From: Candidatus Tayloriibacteriota bacterium
Lineage (GTDB): Bacteria; Patescibacteriota; Minisyncoccia; Phycocordibacterales; HO2-43-120
NCBI GenBank assembly: GCA_039934295.1
Contig: JBDTMN010000004.1
Span: 4,840-68,839 of the forward strand
DNA: 64,000 bases
Reading direction: 5' to 3'
Positions 60,572 to 64,000 of the stretch are shown piece by piece. The position numbers and the translations under genes are program-made. Under the pieces are notes generated by a model. That model had not been told where the DNA came from, made no database searches, and saw nothing but the letters and a program-made list of their open reading frames with translations. Each line of letters opens with the position of its first letter. The first letter of the stretch is position 1.

Positions 60572-63082
60572 TTATAACTGCTCTTCCGTTACAATGCTCA
60601 CTATTTTATCCTTGACTACAATCACTTTCTTTATTTTCTTCCCAGAAATCCATTTTTCCACATTCTTAGCTCCAAGTGCCATTTCTTCGATTTTTTTCTC
60701 GCTCATTTCTCCGGTAATTGTGAGAGAAGCTCTCACCTTTCCATCCACCTGAATCATTATTATCTTTGTTTCGCTCACCATTGCCTTTTCATCAAACACC
60801 GGCCAGTCCGTATTGTGAATTGACTCACGATGTCCGAGACTCTCCCAGATTTCTTCAGTTATATGAGGAGCAAAAGGTGCAAGGATAATGAGGAATTTCT
60901 CATAATCCTCTTTGGAAATGGTCTCTTCTTTCTCCATCTCATTTGCAAGTATCATAAGAGTCGAAATGGCAGTATTGAACTTGAAATTTTCTATGTCTTC
61001 GCCAACTTTTTTGATTGTTCTGTGAAGAGTAGTTGTAAGTTGTAAGACCTCAGATTTCAGTTTTTCATCGCCTTTCAACTTCATCTTTTCTTGAATCTTG
61101 AATCCTGAATCCTGAATCTTTTCTCGAAGTCGCCACACTTTTTCGAGAAAACGCCTCGGTCCAATCATCCCCTCCGTTGACCAGGGAATGGAGTCCGCAA
61201 AAGGCCCCATAAACATTTCGTACATTCTAAAGGTATCTGCTCCGTAAAGTTCTACCATTTTATCCGGATTCACCACATTTCCAAATCTTTTTGACATTTT
61301 TCTCCCGTCGGCTCCTCCAATAAGTCCGACATTTTGCAATCTCGAAAATGGTTCTGGGTAGTTCACCAAACCTAAATCAAATAAAAACTTGTGCCAAAAC
61401 CGCGCGTAGATAAGGTGTCTCGTCGCATGCTCCGCCCCCCCAACATAAAAATCGACGGGAGACCAATATTTTTCTTTTTCTTTATCTACAAAAACTTTTT
61501 TATTTTTCGGGTCTTCGTATCGAAGATAGTACCAGCTCGAACCGGCCCACTGTGGCATGGTATTCGTTTCTCTCTTTGCAGGACCCTTGCACTTCGGGCA
61601 TTTTACATTCACCCACTTTTCGATATTCGCAAGAGGCGACTCCCCCGTATCAGTCGGCTCATAAAATTTCACTTTCGGCAACTCAACCGGCAGATCTTTC
61701 TCGGGAACGGGAACTACACCGCATTTTTCACAATGAATCACAGGAATCGGCTCGCCCCAGTAACGCTGGCGGGAAAAAACCCAGTCTTTGAGTTTGTAAT
61801 TTATTTTTCGCACTCCGTACCCGCCCTTGATAATATGGTTGATAATATCTTCCCGCGCCTCGCCCCACTTTCGTCCACGAAATTTTTTTGGTTCCTCCAA
61901 AACTCCCTGCGGGTCACGAGCGTAACAATATTCCAATTTTTTTACCTTTTCGCGCTCAATTGGATCCAACGGAAATGTCACGGGACGCAGAGGCAAATTG
62001 TATTTTTTTGCAAAAGCAAAATCGCGGACATCGTGGGCGCTACAGTTTACTATCCCCGTTCCGTAATCGTACAAAACATATGAAGCGACCCAGATAGGTA
62101 AATCCCGTCCGGTGTCAGCGAAGTTCTCAATAAACCGTCCGATAAATATTCCTTCCAAATCTTCATCGATATTAAATTTGTTTCCAGCTTTTTTCGCCTT
62201 GATTCTTTCGACAAATTCTAAAACGTCCTTTTCCTGCGGTGTTCCTTTGACCAATTCGTACACTAGAGGATGCTCCGGCGCGATGGCGGTGAAGGTCTCT
62301 GCATGATAACTTTGGGGCACCGAATTATACATTTGAACTTCGATGTTGAGATCCTTTATGGAACACTTAAAATTCACTCCTTCCGACTTCCCTATCCAGT
62401 TTCTCTGGCTTTCTTTTATGGACTCGGGCCAATTTAAATCTTTAAGTCCATCTAACATTTTCTCCGCATAATCGGTGATCTTCAAAACCCACTGGCGCAT
62501 GGGCTTTTTTATTACAGGAGTTCCGCATCGCTCGCATTTACCATCTTCGACGTCCTCGTTCGCGAGGCCTGTTTTATCCTTCGGACACCAGTTGATAGGT
62601 TCCCAAGATTCATAGGCGAGGCCTTTCTCCAAAAATTTCAAAAAAATCCACTGCGTCCATTTGTAATATTTCGGGTCTGAAGTATTGATTTCTCTATCCC
62701 AATCGTAATTAAATCCTAAAATCGAAAGTTGCTCTTTGAATCGTTTTATATTTTTCTCCATCGCAACCTTAGGATGAACTTTGTTTTTTATCGCGTAGTT
62801 TTCTGCCGGAAGCCCAAAGGCATCAAAACCCATAGGGTGAAGAACATTGAAGCCCCGCATTTTTTTGAATCGAGAATAGATATCCGTCGCAATATATCCC
62901 TTGGGGTGCCCTACATGAAGTCCTTCCCCAGAAAGATACGGAAACATATCCAACACATAGCACTTGGGTTTAGAAGCAGACTTTCGCAGATTTAAGGCGG
63001 GTTCTTTGGTTTTGTAGAGAGCTGATTTCTCCCATTTTTTTCGCCACTTTTTTTCTATATCTCGATGGTCATATTTTTCCAT
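60572..63082 (-). CDS. leuS: leucyl-tRNA synthetase
   Basis: MFPY.SG.GLHVGH, DWVFSRQRYWGEPIP, GGAEHA, KMSKR. Confidence 0.98.
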   Translation of the reverse strand: MEKYDHRDIEKKWRKKWEKSALYKTKEPALNLRKSASKPKCYVLDMFPYLSGEGLHVGHPKGYIATDIYSRFKKMRGFNVLHPMGFDAFGLPAENYAIKNKVHPKVAMEKNIKRFKEQLSILGFNYDWDREINTSDPKYYKWTQWIFLKFLEKGLAYESWEPINWCPKDKTGLANEDVEDGKCERCGTPVIKKPMRQWVLKITDYAEKMLDGLKDLNWPESIKESQRNWIGKSEGVNFKCSIKDLNIEVQMYNSVPQSYHAETFTAIAPEHPLVYELVKGTPQEKDVLEFVERIKAKKAGNKFNIDEDLEGIFIGRFIENFADTGRDLPIWVASYVLYDYGTGIVNCSAHDVRDFAFAKKYNLPLRPVTFPLDPIEREKVKKLEYCYARDPQGVLEEPKKFRGRKWGEAREDIINHIIKGGYGVRKINYKLKDWVFSRQRYWGEPIPVIHCEKCGVVPVPEKDLPVELPKVKFYEPTDTGESPLANIEKWVNVKCPKCKGPAKRETNTMPQWAGSSWYYLRYEDPKNKKVFVDKEKEKYWSPVDFYVGGAEHATRHLIYARFWHKFLFDLGLVNYPEPFSRLQNVGLIGGADGRKMSKRFGNVVNPDKMVELYGADTFRMYEMFMGPFADSIPWSTEGMIGPRRFLEKVWRLREKIQDSGFKIQEKMKLKGDEKLKSEVLQLTTTLHRTIKKVGEDIENFKFNTAISTLMILANEMEKEETISKEDYEKFLIILAPFAPHITEEIWESLGHRESIHNTDWPVFDEKAMVSETKIIMIQVDGKVRASLTITGEMSEKKIEEMALGAKNVEKWISGKKIKKVIVVKDKIVSIVTEEQL

Positions 63083-63171
63083 ATCTTGGAATCATACAAA
63101 AAATACTCTACTTATTCAATTGAATAGGCTGAATTTGGAAAGTGTGACTTTTCGATTTTCAGAGAGATAAT

Positions 63172-63999
63172 CTAGATCTGCCCTTTAGGATAGAGAGTGG
63201 TATCACTCACGAAGGGTGGGTATCTTTCAGGGTCGATAGTCCTTTCGAAGCAAGAGCGTCCTTTGTCATGCTGCCAATTATCGTTTTCGAGCATAATCGG
63301 GGTCGGGCTTCTCACTCCCTGAATTTCTTTTTTGCTTTCGGTATTAAAGTCGGCGCACAATGTGAACGTCATCGCTCCCGTTTTCATGTACTCATACGGT
63401 TTTTTGGTTTGAGAATCCACTGGCGAGAAATACCCCCCTATAGAATCATTAAGCTCTGTCAAAGTATCCGGCAATTTCTGCTTTTGTTGCCAATATTGAA
63501 CCACCTCCCATTGAATACTCTGCAAATCCTGCGTCTTTTGACTGTCAAATTGAAGCAAGCGCTGTTTTTGGGGTGACCCCATAATCACAAAGCCGGAGAC
63601 GATTGCGACTAGCACAAACGCGATTGTTCCGTATCGAAAAATCATTCTCTCATTCATCGAGAGAACCCCGTCGCTTTTGATGTCACGGAGATAATACCCG
63701 AAAATGAGGACCGCCACGACAAAAACTGAAAGCGTTTTTAAAATAAATCGGGTCGAAATTTCTCCCCCCAAAAAAGTGTTGAGAAGGACAATAAGATCCC
63801 CCACCATAACCGCCCCGGCAAAAAAGAGAGTGAGATATATGAGCCACTTGCGCACCCCAAGATTCCTTTTTTCCGAGTTCCTCGCGTACTCATTATTAAG
63901 GGCACGGGTGAGGAAAATATAGAGCGGAAAAATAATAATAAGCGATGCTATTGACCACCGAATCGCCCCGCTATAGGGATCATAATAGTAGCTATAAGA
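63172..63999 (-). CDS. DUF5671-like membrane protein (5' end outside window)
   Basis: Open frame to window edge: IRWSIASLIIIFP...RKWLIYLTLF...GEISTRF; D.QK..DLQ.IQ; LCADF. Confidence 0.75.
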   Translation of the reverse strand, partial: SYSYYYDPYSGAIRWSIASLIIIFPLYIFLTRALNNEYARNSEKRNLGVRKWLIYLTLFFAGAVMVGDLIVLLNTFLGGEISTRFILKTLSVFVVAVLIFGYYLRDIKSDGVLSMNERMIFRYGTIAFVLVAIVSGFVIMGSPQKQRLLQFDSQKTQDLQSIQWEVVQYWQQKQKLPDTLTELNDSIGGYFSPVDSQTKKPYEYMKTGAMTFTLCADFNTESKKEIQGVRSPTPIMLENDNWQHDKGRSCFERTIDPERYPPFVSDTTLYPKGQI

Positions 64000-64000
64000 C

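Overview
This is a 64-kb chromosomal segment from a small-genome bacterium, very likely Patescibacteria/CPR (Parcubacteria). That call is an inference from the short AlaRS, archaeal-type PyrH, tandem VirB2/TrbC-like pilins, sigma-r4/HARE-HTH protein, short AtpH and apparently leaderless genes; TGA is read as stop. The core content is the valS 3' end, alaS, leuS, mnmA, dnaK/grpE, the infA-rpmJ-rpsM-rpsK-rpsD-rpoA-rplQ-rplM-rpsI cluster, a complete F1Fo ATP synthase operon, a ccdA-thioredoxin-msrA-msrB cluster, mltG, tRNA-Phe(GAA) and tRNA-Arg(CCU). Five things stand out. (1) The atp operon is interrupted by cassettes (two HicBA toxin-antitoxin pairs, two divergent paralogous surface proteins) bounded by duplicated, dead fragments of atpC, atpG and atpA; similar gene-end scars occur elsewhere. 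(2) A T-box-type antiterminator/terminator leader with an atypical 5' domain sits in front of a lone 61-aa Cys/His peptide rather than an amino-acid gene. (3) An ice-binding (DUF3494-like)/sortase locus includes a substrate-sortase-peptidoglycan-binding fusion protein. (4) Heptamer hairpin arrays, REP-like palindromes and MITEs are dense, and some are inserted in frame in atpG, mnmA and leuS. (5) LeuRS has a degenerate editing motif and the family-4 UDG lacks its Fe-S cysteines. No CRISPR array, transposase, integrase or rRNA was seen. All family assignments come from motif recognition by eye, not database searches.
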